Made by a program: the position numbers and the translations under genes | The notes under the pieces: model-generated | What the model saw: the letters and a program-made list of their open reading frames with translations, nothing else | The model's database searches: none | Told to the model about the DNA's origin: nothing | Shown here: piece by piece, positions 1 through 13,700 of the stretch | How the letters are laid out: every line of letters begins with the position of its first letter | Position numbering within the stretch: the first letter of the stretch is position 1 | DNA from: the human T2T-CHM13v2.0 reference genome, Homo sapiens | Direction: 5' to 3' (one strand) | DNA length: 64,000 nt | NCBI RefSeq assembly: GCF_009914755.1 | Contig: NC_060948.1

Positions 1-3000
1 AATGCACTCGAATGCAATGGAGTCGAAACTAATGGACTGGAATAGAATGGACTCGACTGGTACGGACTCCAATGGAATGGAATCGAATGGAAGGGAATCG
101 AACGGAAGGGAATCGAACGGAATGGACTCGAAGGGAAAAGACTGCAATGGAAAGGTCTCGAATGGAATGGAAATTAATGGAATGGAATGGAATCGAATGA
201 AATGGAGTCAAAAGGAATGGAATCGAATGGCAAGAAATCGAATGTAATGGAATCGCCAGGAATTGATGTGAACGGAACGGAATGGAATGGAATCCAAAGG
301 AATGGAATAGAATGGAATGGAATCGAATGGAAAGGACTCGAATGGAAATCACTCGAATAGAATGCAATTTAATAAAATAGGATCAAATGTAATGGAATGG
401 AATGGAAAGGAATCGAAACGAAAGGAATGGAGACAGATGGAATGGAATGGAACAGAGAGCAATGGTATAGAATGGAATGGAATCATCTGGAATGGAATTG
501 AATGGAATGGAATAATATGAAATGGAATGGAATGGAATGGAATGGAATGCCCTTGAATTAAATGGACTGGAATGGAATGGACTCAAACAGAGTGGAATGG
601 AAAGTGTGGAGATAGAATGGAATGAACTCCTTTGGAATGGTGTAGTATGCAATGCAATCGACTGGCAGGGAATCAAAAGGAATGTAATCGAATGGATTGG
701 ACTGGAATGCAATGGACTCGAATAGATTGGAAACGGAATGCAAAGGAATGGAATGGAATAGTATGGAATGCAATGGAAGGGAATGGAGTGGAATAGACTA
801 GAGTGGAATGGAATGGACTGGAAAGCAATGGACTGGAATGGAACTTTCTTGGATGGACTGGAACCAAACGGAATGGAATGCAATGCAATCAAATGGCATG
901 GAATAAAATAGAATGAAAGAGAATCAAATGGAATTGAATCGAATGGAATCGAATGGATTGGAAAGGAATAGAATGGAATGGAATGGAATTGACTCAAATG
1001 GAATGGACTAGAATGGAATGGATTCGAATGGAAGGCAAAGGAATGGAATCTATTGGAATGGACTGTAATGGAATGGAATGGAAGGGATTGGAATGGACTC
1101 GAATGGAATGGACTGCAATAGAAAGGATTCGAATGGAATGAAAAAGAATTGAATGGAATAGAACAGAATGGAATCAAATCGAATGAAATGGAATGGAATA
1201 GAAAGGAATGGAATGAAATGGAATGGAAAGGATTCGAATGGAATGCAATCGAATGGAATGGAATCGAACGGAATGGAATAAAATGGAAGAAAACTGGCAA
1301 GAAATGGAATCGAAATGAATGGAGTGTTATGGAACGGACTCAAAAGGAATTGAATGTAATAGAATGGAGTGGAGTGGACTCGAATATAATGGACTGGAAT
1401 GGAATGAAATCACATGGAATGGGAACGAATGGAATGGAATGGAAAGGAATGGAATCGAATGGAAAGGAATCGAATGGAAGGGAATGAAATTGAATCAACA
1501 GGAATGGAAGGGAATAGAATAGACGGTAATGGAATGGACTCGAATAGAATGGACACGAATGCTCAAATTAAATGGACTCGAATGGAATGGAAACGAAAGG
1601 AATGTCATCAAATGGAATTGAATCGATTGGAATGAAATCGCATAGAATGGAGTGGAATCAAATGGAATTGAATCGAAAGGAAAGGAAGCGAATGGACTGA
1701 AATGAAATGGAATGGAATTGAATGGAAAGTAATGCAATGGAATAGAATGGAACGAAATTTCACGGAATGGAATCAAACTGAATGGAATCAAATCAATGGA
1801 ATCAAATCAAATGGAATGGAAAGGAATTGAATGGAGTAGATGGGATTGGATGGGATTGGAATGAAATGTACTGGAAAGGACTCGAATTTCATGAAACGGA
1901 ATGGAATGAATTGGAACGGAATGGACTCGAATGGAATGGAATGTCATGGGATTGCATCAAATGGAATGGCATCAAATGGAATGGAATCGAATGCAATGGA
2001 ATGCTATGGAATGGAATGGAATGCATTGGAATGGAATGTCCTCTAATGGAATGGATTCGAGTGGAATGGAATTGAATATAATGGAGTCGAATGAAATGGA
2101 ATTGAAAGGAATGGGATCGAATACAATGGAATATACTGGAATGTAACGTAATGAACTCGAATGTAATTGACTGGAATGGAATGTACATGAATGGAATGTA
2201 ATCGAATGGAAAGTAATCCAATGGAATAGAATCTAATGCAATAAAATCGACTCAGATAGAGTAGAATGTAATGGAATGGAGTGCAGTGCAATGGAATGGA
2301 ATGGAATGGAATGCAATGGAATGGAATGGAATGGAATGGAATGGAATGGAATGGAATGGGATGGAATGGTATGGAATGGATAGTAATAGACTGGAGTGAA
2401 ATGGACTGGAAAGGAATGGACTCAAATTGAAAGGGCTCGAAAGGAATGGAGTCAAATGGAATGGTCTGGAATGGAATGAACACGAATGTAATGCAACCCA
2501 ATAGAATGGAATCGAATGGCATGGAATATAAAGAAATGGAATCGAAGAGAATGGAAACAAATGGAATGGAATTGAATGGAATGGAATTGAATGGAATGGG
2601 AACGAATGGAGTGAAATTGTATGCAGTAGAAGAGAATAGAATGGAATGCAAGCGAAAGGAAAGGAATGGATTGGAATGGAATGGAATTCATTGGAATGGA
2701 AGGGAATGTAGTGTAATGGACAGGCCTGGAATAAAGTGGAATGCTACGGTCTCGAATGGAATAAAAATGTATGGAATGGAATGCAATGAAACGGAATCGA
2801 ATGTCATAGAATGTAATGGAATGCAAAAAAATGGAATCCAAAATCATTGACTGGAAAGGCTGGGTGTCGAAAGGAATTGACTCCAATGGAATGGAATCGA
2901 ATGGAATGGAAGTGAATAGAATCGAACTAAATCGAATGGAATGGAATTGATAGGAACGGAATGGAAAGGAATGCAATGATTTGGCATGGAATGGAATCGA

Positions 3001-3579
3001 ATGGCATCGAATGGAATGGAATGGAATGCAATGGAATGGAATGTATTAGAATGTAATGAACTTTAATGGAATGTACTCGAATGGATTCGACTGGAATGGA
3101 ATGTTCTGGAAGTGAATGGACTCCAATGGAATGGATTCAAAAGGAATGGAATCGTACGGAATGGAATCTAATGGAATGGAATTAAATGGAAATGAATCAA
3201 ATTGAATAGCACGGAATTGAATTGAATGGAATGGAATGCAATGGAATCTAATGAAACGGAAAGGAAAGGAATGGAATGGAATGGAATGGGCTGGAATGGA
3301 AAGGAATCGAAACGAATGGAATGGAATCGAACTGAAGAGACTGGAATGGAATGCACTGGAATGGAAGGGAGTGTAATGGAAGGTTGTCGAAAAAAATGGA
3401 ATCGAATGGAATGGAATTGAATGGAACGGAATAGAGTCGAATGGAATTGAATGGAATGGAATGGACTAGAGTGAAATGGAATCGAACCACAAGGAATGGA
3501 CAGGAATAGAATGGTCTCGAATTGAATGGAATCGTATGGAATGGCATCAAACGGAATGGAATGGACAGCCACGGAATGG
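1..3579 (+). repeat. DYZ1 unit 1 (3579 bp, modal length; used as reference)
   Basis: Landmark AATGCACTCG at 1 and 3580; pure tract (ATGGA)8 at 2316-2355. Confidence 0.95.
2587..2740 (+). other. DYZ1 diagnostic segment (EcoRI GAATTC 2684-2689, StuI/HaeIII AGGCCT 2722-2727), repeated once per unit
   Basis: Contains TTGAATGGAATGGGAACGAATGG (2587-2609) and GGACAGGCCTGGAATAAAGTGGA (2718-2740). From memory these match the classical Y1.2/Y1.1 DYZ1 sexing PCR primer sites; the predicted amplicon here is 154 bp. Primer identity is recalled, not database-checked. Confidence 0.85.
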
Positions 3580-6500
3580 AATGCACTCGAATGCAATGGA
3601 GTCGAAACTAATGGACTGGAATAGAATGGACTCGACTGGTACGGACTCCAATGGAATGGAATCGAATGGAAGGGAATCGAACGGAAGGGAATCGAACGGA
3701 ATGGACTCGAAGGGAAAAGACTGCAATGGAAAGGTCTCGAATGGAATGGAAATTAATGGAATGGAATGGAATCGAATGAAATGGAGTCAAAAGGAATGGA
3801 ATCGAATGGCAAGAAATCGAATGTAATGGAATCGCCAGGAATTGATGTGAACGGAACGGAATGGAATGGAATCCAAAGGAATGGAATAGAATGGAATGGA
3901 ATCGAATGGAAAGGACTCGAATGGAAATCACTCGAATAGAATGCAATTTAATAAAATAGGATCAAATGTAATGGAATGGAATGGAAAGGAATCGAAACGA
4001 AAGGAATGGAGACAGATGGAATGGAATGGAACAGAGAGCAATGGTATAGAATGGAATGGAATCATCTGGAATGGAATTGAATGGAATGGAATAATATGAA
4101 ATGGAATGGAATGGAATGGAATGGAATGCCCTTGAATTAAATGGACTGGAATGGAATGGACTCAAACAGAGTGGAATGGAAAGTGTGGAGATAGAATGGA
4201 ATGAACTCCTTTGGAATGGTGTAGTATGCAATGCAATCGACTGGCAGGGAATCAAAAGGAATGTAATCGAATGGATTGGACTGGAATGCAATGGACTCGA
4301 ATAGATTGGAAACGGAATGCAAAGGAATGGAATGGAATAGTATGGAATGCAATGGAAGGGAATGGAGTGGAATAGACTAGAGTGGAATGGAATGGACTGG
4401 AAAGCAATGGACTGGAATGGAACTTTCTTGGATGGACTGGAACCAAACGGAATGGAATGCAATGCAATCAAATGGCATGGAATAAAATAGAATGAAAGAG
4501 AATCAAATGGAATTGAATCGAATGGAATCGAATGGATTGGAAAGGAATAGAATGGAATGGAATGGAATTGACTCAAATGGAATGGACTAGAATGGAATGG
4601 ATTCGAATGGAAGGCAAAGGAATGGAATCTATTGGAATGGACTGTAATGGAATGGAATGGAAGGGATTGGAATGGACTCGAATGGAATGGACTGCAATAG
4701 AAAGGATTCGAATGGAATGAAAAAGAATTGAATGGAATAGAACAGAATGGAATCAAATCGAATGAAATGGAATGGAATAGAAAGGAATGGAATGAAATGG
4801 AATGGAAAGGATTCGAATGGAATGCAATCGAATGGAATGGAATCGAACGGAATGGAATAAAATGGAAGAAAACTGGCAAGAAATGGAATCGAAATGAATG
4901 GAGTGTTATGGAACGGACTCAAAAGGAATTGAATGTAATAGAATGGAGTGGAGTGGACTCGAATATAATGGACTGGAATGGAATGAAATCACATGGAATG
5001 GGAACGAATGGAATGGAATGGAAAGGAATGGAATCGAATGGAAAGGAATCGAATGGAAGGGAATGAAATTGAATCAACAGGAATGGAAGGGAATAGAATA
5101 GACTGTAATGGAATGGACTCGAATAGAATGGACACGAATGCTCAAATTAAATGGACTCGAATGGAATGGAAACGAAAGGAATGTCATCGAATGGAATTGA
5201 ATCGATTGGAATGAAATCGCATAGAATGGAGTGGAATCAAATGGAATTGAATCGAAAGGAAAGGAAGCGAATGGACTGAAATGAAATGGAATGGAATTGA
5301 ATGGAAAGTAATGCAATGGAATAGAATGGAACGAAATTTCACGGAATGGAATCAAACTGAATGGAATCAAATCAATGGAATCAAATCAAATGGAATGGAA
5401 AGGAATTGAATGGAGTAGATGGGATTGGATGGGATTGGAATGAAATGTACTGGAAAGGACTCGAATTTCATGAAACGGAATGGAATGAATTGGAACGGAA
5501 TGGACTCGAATGGAATGGAATGTCATGGGATTGCATCAAATGGAATGGCATCAAATGGAATGGAATCGAATGCAATGGAATGCTATGGAATGGAATGGAA
5601 TGCATTGGAATGGAATGTCCTCTAATGGAATGGATTCGAGTGGAATGGAATTGAATATAATGGAGTCGAATGAAATGGAATTGAAAGGAATGGGATCGAA
5701 TACAATGGAATATACTGGAATGTAACGTAATGAACTCGAATGTAATTGACTGGAATGGAATGTACATGAATGGAATGTAATCGAATGGAAAGTAATCCAA
5801 TGGAATAGAATCTAATGCAATAAAATCGACTCAGATAGAGTAGAATGTAATGGAATGGAGTGCAGTGCAATGGAATGGAATGGAATGGAATGCAATGGAA
5901 TGGAATGGAATGGAATGCAATGGAATGGAATGTAATGGAATGGGATGGAATGGTATGGAATGGATAGTAATGGACTGGAGTGAAATGGACTGGAAAGGAA
6001 TGGACTCAAATTGAAAGGGCTCGAAAGGAATGGAGTCAAATGGAATGGTCTGGAATGGAATGAACACGAATGTAATGCAACCCAATAGAATGGAATCGAA
6101 TGGCATGGAATATAAAGAAATGGAATCGAAGAGAATGGAAACAAATGGAATGGAATTGAATGGAATGGAATTGAATGGAATGGGAACGAATGGAGTGAAA
6201 TTGTATGCAGTAGAAGAGAATAGAATGGAATGCAAGCGAAAGGAAAGGAATGGATTGGAATGGAATGGAATTCATTGGAATGGAAGGGAATGTAGTGTAA
6301 TGGACAGGCCTGGAATAAAGTGGAATGCTACGGTCTCGAATGGAATAAAAATGTATGGAATGGAATGCAATGAAACGGAATCGAATGTCATAGAATGTAA
6401 TGGAATGCAAAAAAATGGAATCCAAAATCATTGACTGGAAAGGCTGGGTGTCGAAAGGAATTGACTCCAATGGAATGGAATCGAATGGAATGGAAGTGAA

Positions 6501-7163
6501 TAGAATCGAACTAAATCGAATGGAATGGAATTGATAGGAACGGAATGGAAAGGAATGCAATGATTTGGCATGGAATGGAATCGAATGGCATCGAATGGAA
6601 TGGAATGGAATGCAATGGAATGGAATGTATTAGAATGGAATGAAGTTTAATGGAATGTACTCGAATGGATTCGACTGGAATGGAATGTTCTGGAAGTGAA
6701 TGGACTCCAATGGAATGGATTCAAAAGGAATGGAATCGTACGGAATGGAATCTAATGGAATGGAATTAAATGGAAATGAATCAAATTGAATAGCACGGAA
6801 TTGAATTGAATGGAATGGAATGCAATGGAATCTAATGAAACGGAAAGGAAAGGAATGGAATGGAATGGAATGGGCTGGAATGGAAAGGAATCGAAACGAA
6901 TGGAATGGAATCGAACTGAAGAGACTGGAATGGAATGCACTGGAATGGAAGGGAGTGTAATGGAAGGTTCTCGAAAAAAATGGAATCGAATGGAATGGAA
7001 TTGAATGGAACGGAATAGAGTCGAATGGAATTGAATGGAATGGAATGGACTAGAGTGAAATGGAATCGAACCACAAGGAATGGACAGGAATAGAATGGTC
7101 TCGAATTGAATGGAATCGTATGGAATGGCATCAAACGGAATGGAATGGACAGCCACGGAATGG
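3580..7163 (+). repeat. DYZ1 unit 2 (3584 bp; interrupted 9-pentamer tract)
   Basis: ORF landmark spacing 3476->7060; tract reads ATGGA4-ATGCA-ATGGA2-ATGTA-ATGGA. Confidence 0.93.
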
Positions 7164-10100
7164 AATGCACTCGAATGCAATGGAGTCGAAACAAATGGAC
7201 TGGAATAGAATGGACTCGACTGGTACGGACTCCAATGGAATGGAATCGAATGGAAGGGAATCGAACGGAAGGGAATCGAACGGAATGGACTCGAAGGGAA
7301 AAGACTGCAATGGAAAGGTCTCGAATGGAATGGAAATTAACGGAATGGAATGGAATCGAATGAAATGGAGTCAAAAGGAATGGAATCGAATGGCAAGAAA
7401 TCGAATGTAATGGAATCGCCAGGAATTGATGTGAACGGAACGGAATGGAATGGAATCCAAAGGAATGGAATAGAATGGAATGGAATCGAATGCAAAGAAC
7501 TCGAATGGAAATCACTCGAATAGAATGCAATTTAATAAAATAGGATCAAATGTAATGGAATGGAATGGAAAGGAATCGAAACGAAAGGAATGGAGACAGA
7601 TGGAATGGAATGGAACAGAGAGCAATGGTATAGAATGGAATGGAATCATCTGGAATGGAATTGAATGGAATGGAATAATATGAAATGGAATGGAATGGAA
7701 TGGAATGGAATGCCCTTGAATTAAATGGACTGGAATGGAATGGACTCAAACAGAGTGGAATGGAAAGTGTGGAGGTAGAATGGAATGAACTCCTTTGGAA
7801 TGGACTAGTAGGCAATGCTATCGACTGGCAGGGAATCAAAAGGAATGTAATGGAATGGATTGGACTGGAATGCAATGGACTCGAATAGATTGGAAACGGA
7901 ATGCAAAGAATGGAATGGAATAGTATGGAATGGAATGGAAAGGAATGGAGTGGAATAGACTAGAGTGGAATGGAATGGACTGGAAAGCAATGGACTGGAA
8001 TGGAACTTTCTTGAATGGACTGGAATCAAACGGAATGGAATGCAATGCAATCAAATGGCATGGAATAAAATAGAATGAAAGAGAATCAAATGGAATTGAA
8101 TCGAATGGAATCGAATGGATTGGAAAGGAATAGAATGGAATGGAATGGAATTGACTCAAATGGAATGGACTAGAATGGAATGGATTCGAATGGAAGGCAA
8201 AGGAATGGAATCTATTGGAATGGACTGTAATGGAATGGAATGGAAGGGATTGGAATGGACTCGAATGGAATGGACTGCAATAGAAAGGATTCGAATGGAA
8301 TGAAAAAGAATTGAATGGAATAGAACAGAATGGAATCAAATCGAATGAAATGGAATGGAATAGAAAGGAATGGAATGAAATGGAATGGAAAGGATTCGAA
8401 TGGAATGCAATCGAATGGAATGGAATCGAACGGAATGGAATAAAATGGAAGAAAACTGGCAAGAAATGGAATCGAAATGAATGGAGTGTTATGGAACGGA
8501 CTCAAAAGGAATTGAATGTAATAGAATGGAGTGGAGTGGACTCGAATATAATGGACTGGAATGGAATGAAATCACATGGAATGGGAACGAATGGAATGGA
8601 ATGGAAAGGAATGGAATCGAATGGAAAGGAATCGAATGGAAGGGAATGAAATTGAATCAACAGGAATGGAAGGGAATAGAATAGACGGTAATGGAATGGA
8701 CTCGAATAGAATGGACACGAATGCTCAAATTAAATGGACTCGAATGGAATGGAAACGAAAGGAATGTCATCGAATGGAATTGAATCGATTGGAATGAAAT
8801 CGCATAGAATGGAGTGGAATCAAATGGAATTGAATCGAAAGGAAAGGAAGCGAATGGACTGAAATGAAATGGAATGGAATTGAATGGAAAGTAATGCAAT
8901 GGAATAGAATGGAACGAAATTTCACGGAATGGAATCAAACTGAATGGAATCAAATCAATGGAATCAAATCAAATGGAATGGAAAGGAATTGAATGGAGTA
9001 GATGGGATTGGATGGGATTGGAATGAAATGTACTGGAAAGGACTCGAATTTCATGAAACGGAATGGAATGAATTGGAAAGGAATGGACTCGAATGGAATG
9101 GAATGTCATGGGATGGCATCAAACGGAATGGCATCAAATGGAATGGAATCGAATGCAATGGAATGCTATGGAATGGAATGGAATGCATTGGAATGGAATG
9201 TCCTCTAATGGAATGGATTCGAGTGGAATGGAATTGAATATAATGGAGTCGAATGAAATGGAATTGAAAGGAATGGGATCGAATACAATGGAATATACTG
9301 GAATGTAACGTAATGAACTCGAATGTAATTGACTGGAATGGAATGTACATGAATGGAATGTAATCGAATGGAAAGTAATCCAATGGAATAGAATCTAATG
9401 CAATAAAATCGACTCAGATAGAGTAGAATGTAATGGAATGGAGTGCAGTGCAATGGAATGGAATGGAATGGAATGCAATGGAATGGAATGGAATGGAATG
9501 GGATGGAATGGTATGGAATGGATAGTAATGGACTGGAGTGAAATGGACTGGAAAGGAATGGACTCAAATTGAAAGGGCACGAAAGGAATGGAGTCAAATG
9601 GAATGGTCTGGAATGGAATGAACACGAATGTAATGCAACCCAATAGAATGGAATCGAATGGCATGGAATATAAAGAAATGGAATCGAAGAGAATGGAAAC
9701 AAATGGAATGGAATTGAATGGAATGGGAACGAATGGAGTGAAATTGTATGCAGTAGAAGTGAATAGAATGGAATGCAAGCGAAAGGAAAGGAATGGATTG
9801 GAATGGAATGGAATTCATTGGAATGGAAGGGAATGTAGTGTAATGGACAGGCCTGGAATAAAGTGGAATGCTACGGTCTCGAATGGAATAAAAATGTATG
9901 GAATGGAATGCAATGAAACGGAATCGAATGTCATAGAATGTAATGGAATGCAAAAAAATGGAATCCAAAATCATTGACTGGAAAGGCTGGGTGTCGAAAG
10001 GAATTGACTCCAATGGAATGGAATCGAATGGAATGGAAGTGAATAGAATCGAACTAAATCGAATGGAATGGAATTGATAGGAACGGAATGGAAAGGAATG

Positions 10101-10706
10101 CAATGATTTGGCATGGAATGGAATCGAATGGCATCGAATGGAATGGAATGGAATGCAATGGAATGGAATGTATTAGAATGGAATGAACTTTAATGGAATG
10201 TACTCGAATGGATTCGACTTGAATGGAATGTTCTGGAAGTGAATGGACTCCAATGGAATGGATTCAAAAGGAATGGAATCGTACGGAATGGAATCTAATG
10301 GAATGGAATTAAATGGAAATGAATCAAATTGAATAGCACGGAATTGAATTGAATGGAATGGAATGCAATGGAATCTAATGAAACGGAAAGGAAAGGAATG
10401 GAATGGAATGGAATGGGCTGGAATGGAAAGGAATCGAAACGAATGGAATGGAATCGAACTGAAGAGACTGGAATGGAATGCACTGGAATGGAAGGGAGTG
10501 TAATGGAAGGTTCTCGAAAAAAATGGAATCGAATGGAATGGAATTGAATGGAACGGAATAGAGTCGAATGGAATTGAATGGAATGGAATGGACTAGAGTG
10601 AAATGGAATCGAACCACAAGGAATGGACAGGAATAGAATGGTCTCGAATTGAATGGAATCGTATGGAATGGCATCAAACGGAATGGAATGGACAGCCACG
10701 GAATGG
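7164..10706 (+). repeat. DYZ1 unit 3 (3543 bp, short haplotype)
   Basis: -1 bp at TGCAAAGAATGG (~7905), (ATGGA)4 tract (-20), single copy of the 15-bp ATGGAATTGAATGGA (-15). Confidence 0.93.
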
Positions 10707-13700
10707 AATGCACTCGAATGCAATGGAGTCGAAACTAATGGACTGGAATAGAATGGACTCGACTGGTACGGACTCCAATGGAATGGAATCGAATGGAAGG
10801 GAATCGAACGGAAGGGAATCGAACGGAATGGACTCGAAGGGAAAAGACTGCAATGGAAAGGTCTCGAATGGAATGGAAATTAATGGAATGGAATGGAATC
10901 GAATGAAATGGAGTCAAAAGGAATGGAATCGAATGGCAAGAAATCGAATGTAATGGAATCGCCAGGAATTGATGTGAACGGAACGGAATGGAATGGAATC
11001 CAAAGGAATGGAATAGAATGGAATGGAATCGAATGGAAAGGACTCGAATGGAAATCACTCGAATAGAATGCAATTTAATAAAATAGGATCAAATGTAATG
11101 GAATGGAATGGAAAGGAATCGAAACGAAAGGAATGGAGACAGATGGAATGGAATGGAACAGAGAGCAATGGTATAGAATGGAATGGAATCATCTGGAATG
11201 GAATTGAATGGAATGGAATAATATGAAATGGAATGGAATGGAATGGAATGGAATGCCCTTGAATTAAATGGACTGGAATGGAATGGACTCAAACAGAGTG
11301 GAATGGAAAGTGTGGAGATAGAATGGAATGAACTCCTTTGGAATGGTGTAGTATGCAATGCAATCGACTGGCAGGGAATCAAAAGGAATGTAATCGAATG
11401 GATTGGACTGGAATGCAATGGACTCGAATAGATTGGAAACGGAATGCAAAGGAATGGAATGGAATAGTATGGAATGCAATGGAAGGGAATGGAGTGGAAT
11501 AGACTAGAGTGGAATGGAATGGACTGGAAAGCAATGGACTGGAATGGAACATTCTTGGATGGACTGGAATCAAACGGAATGGAATGCAGTGCAATCAAAT
11601 GGCATGGAATAAAATAGAATGAAAGAGAATCAAATGGAATTGAATCGAATGGAATCGAATGGATTGGAAAGGAATAGAATGGAATGGAATGGAATTGACT
11701 CAAATGGAATGGACTAGAATGGAATGGATTCGAATGGAAGGCAAAGGAATGGAATCTATTGGAATGGACTGTAATGGAATGGAATGGAAGGGATTGGAAT
11801 GGACTCGAATGGAATGGACTGCAATAGAAAGGATTCGAATGGAATGAAAAAGAATTGAATGGAATAGAACAGAATGGAATCAAATCGAATTAAATGGAAT
11901 GGAATAGAAAGGAATGGAATGAAATGGAATGGAAAGGATTCGAATGGAATGCAATCGAATGGAATGGAATCGAACGGAATGGAATAAAATGGAAGAAAAC
12001 TGGCAAGAAATGGAATCGAAATGAATGGAGTGTTATGGAACGGACTCAAAAGGAATTGAATGTAATAGAATGGAGTGGAGTGGACTCGAATATAATGGAC
12101 TGGAATGGAATGAAATCACATGGAATGGGAACGAATGGAATGGAATGGAAAGGAATGGAATCGAATGGAAAGGAATCGAATGGAAGGGAATGAAATTGAA
12201 TCAACACGAATGGAAGGGAATAGAATAGACTGTAATGGAATGGACTCGAATAGAATGGACACGAATGCTCAAATTAAATGGACTCGAATGGAATGGAAAC
12301 GAAAGGAATGTCATCGAATGGAATTGAATCGATTGGAATGAAATAGCATAGAATGGAGTGGAATCAAATGGAATTGAATCGAAAGGAAAGGAAGCGAATG
12401 GACTGAAATGAAATGGAATGGAATTGAATGGAAAGTAATGCAATGGAATAGAATGGAACGAAATTTCACGGAATGGAATCAAACTGAATGGAATCAAATC
12501 AATGGAATCAAATCAAATGGAATGGAAAGGAATTGAATGGAGTAGATGGGATTGGATGGGATTGGAATGAAATGTACTGGAAAGGACTCGAATTTCATGA
12601 AACGGAATGGAATGAATTGGAACGGAATGGACTCGAATGGAATGGAATGTCATGGGATGGCATCAAATGGAATGACATCAAATGGAATGGAATCGAATGC
12701 AATGGAATGCTATGGAATGGAATGGAATGCATTGGAATGGAATGTCCTCTAATGGAATGGATTCGAGTGGAATGGAATTGAATATAATGGAGTCGAATGA
12801 AATGGAATTGAAAGGAATGGGATCGAATACAATGGAATACACTGGAATGTAACGTAATGAACTCGAATGTAATTGACTGGAATGGAATGTACATGAATGG
12901 AATGTAATCGAATGGAAAGTAATCCAATGGAATAGAATCTAATGCAATAAAATCGACTCAGATAGAGTAGAATGTAATGGAATGGAGTGCAGTGCAATGG
13001 AATGGAATGGAATGGAATGCAATGGAATGGAATGGAATGGAATGGAATGGAATGGAATGGGATGGAATGGTATGGAATGGATAGTAATGGACTGGAGTGA
13101 AATGGACTGGAAAGGAATGGACTCAAATTGAAAGGGCTCGAAAGGAATGGAGTCAAATGGAATGGTCTGGAATGGAATGAACACGAATGTAATGCAACCC
13201 AATAGAATGGAATCGAATGGCATGGAATATAAAGAAATGGAATCGAAGAGAATGGAAACAAATGGAATGGAATTGAATGGAATGGAATTGAATGGAATGG
13301 GAACGAATGGAGTGAAATTGTATGCAGTAGAAGAGAATAGAATGGAATGCAAGCGAAAGGAAAGGAATGGATTGGAATGGAATGGAATTCATTGGAATGG
13401 AAGGGAATGTAGTGTAATGGACAGGCCTGGAATAAAGTGGAATGCTACGGTCTCGAATGGAATAAAAATGTATGGAATGGAATGCAATGAAACGGAATCG
13501 AATGTCATAGAATGTAATGGAATGCAAAAAAATGGAATCCAAAATCATTGACTGGAAAGGCTGGGTGTCGAAAGGAATTGACTCCAATGGAATGGAATCG
13601 AATGGAATGGAAGTGAATAGAATCGAACTAAATCGAATGGAATGGAATTGATAGGAACGGAATGGAAAGGAATGCAATGATTTGGCATGGAATGGAATCG

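Noticed and set aside
371-376. AATAAA polyadenylation-like hexamers (several per unit)
   Set aside because: They are expected by one or two substitutions from AATGGA/AATAGA pentamers, and there is no transcript evidence in the sequence.
383-1300. 305-aa minus-strand ORF (and the 319-aa ORF at 14629-15588, plus the 200-257-aa ORFs) repeated in each unit
   Set aside because: (ATTCC)n has no stop codon in any frame and translates to FHSIP repeats. ORF ends move freely with 1- and 5-bp indels between units. There is no domain, splice or promoter evidence.
2214-2224. TAATCCAATGG, resembling the DUX4 site TAAYYYAATCA
   Set aside because: It mismatches the conserved terminal CA, and near-matches are likely by chance in this base composition.
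2446-2850. Plus-strand MEWNG-rich ORFs
   Set aside because: These are a direct translation of (GGAAT)n. An ATG occurs every 5 bp, so start codons are uninformative.
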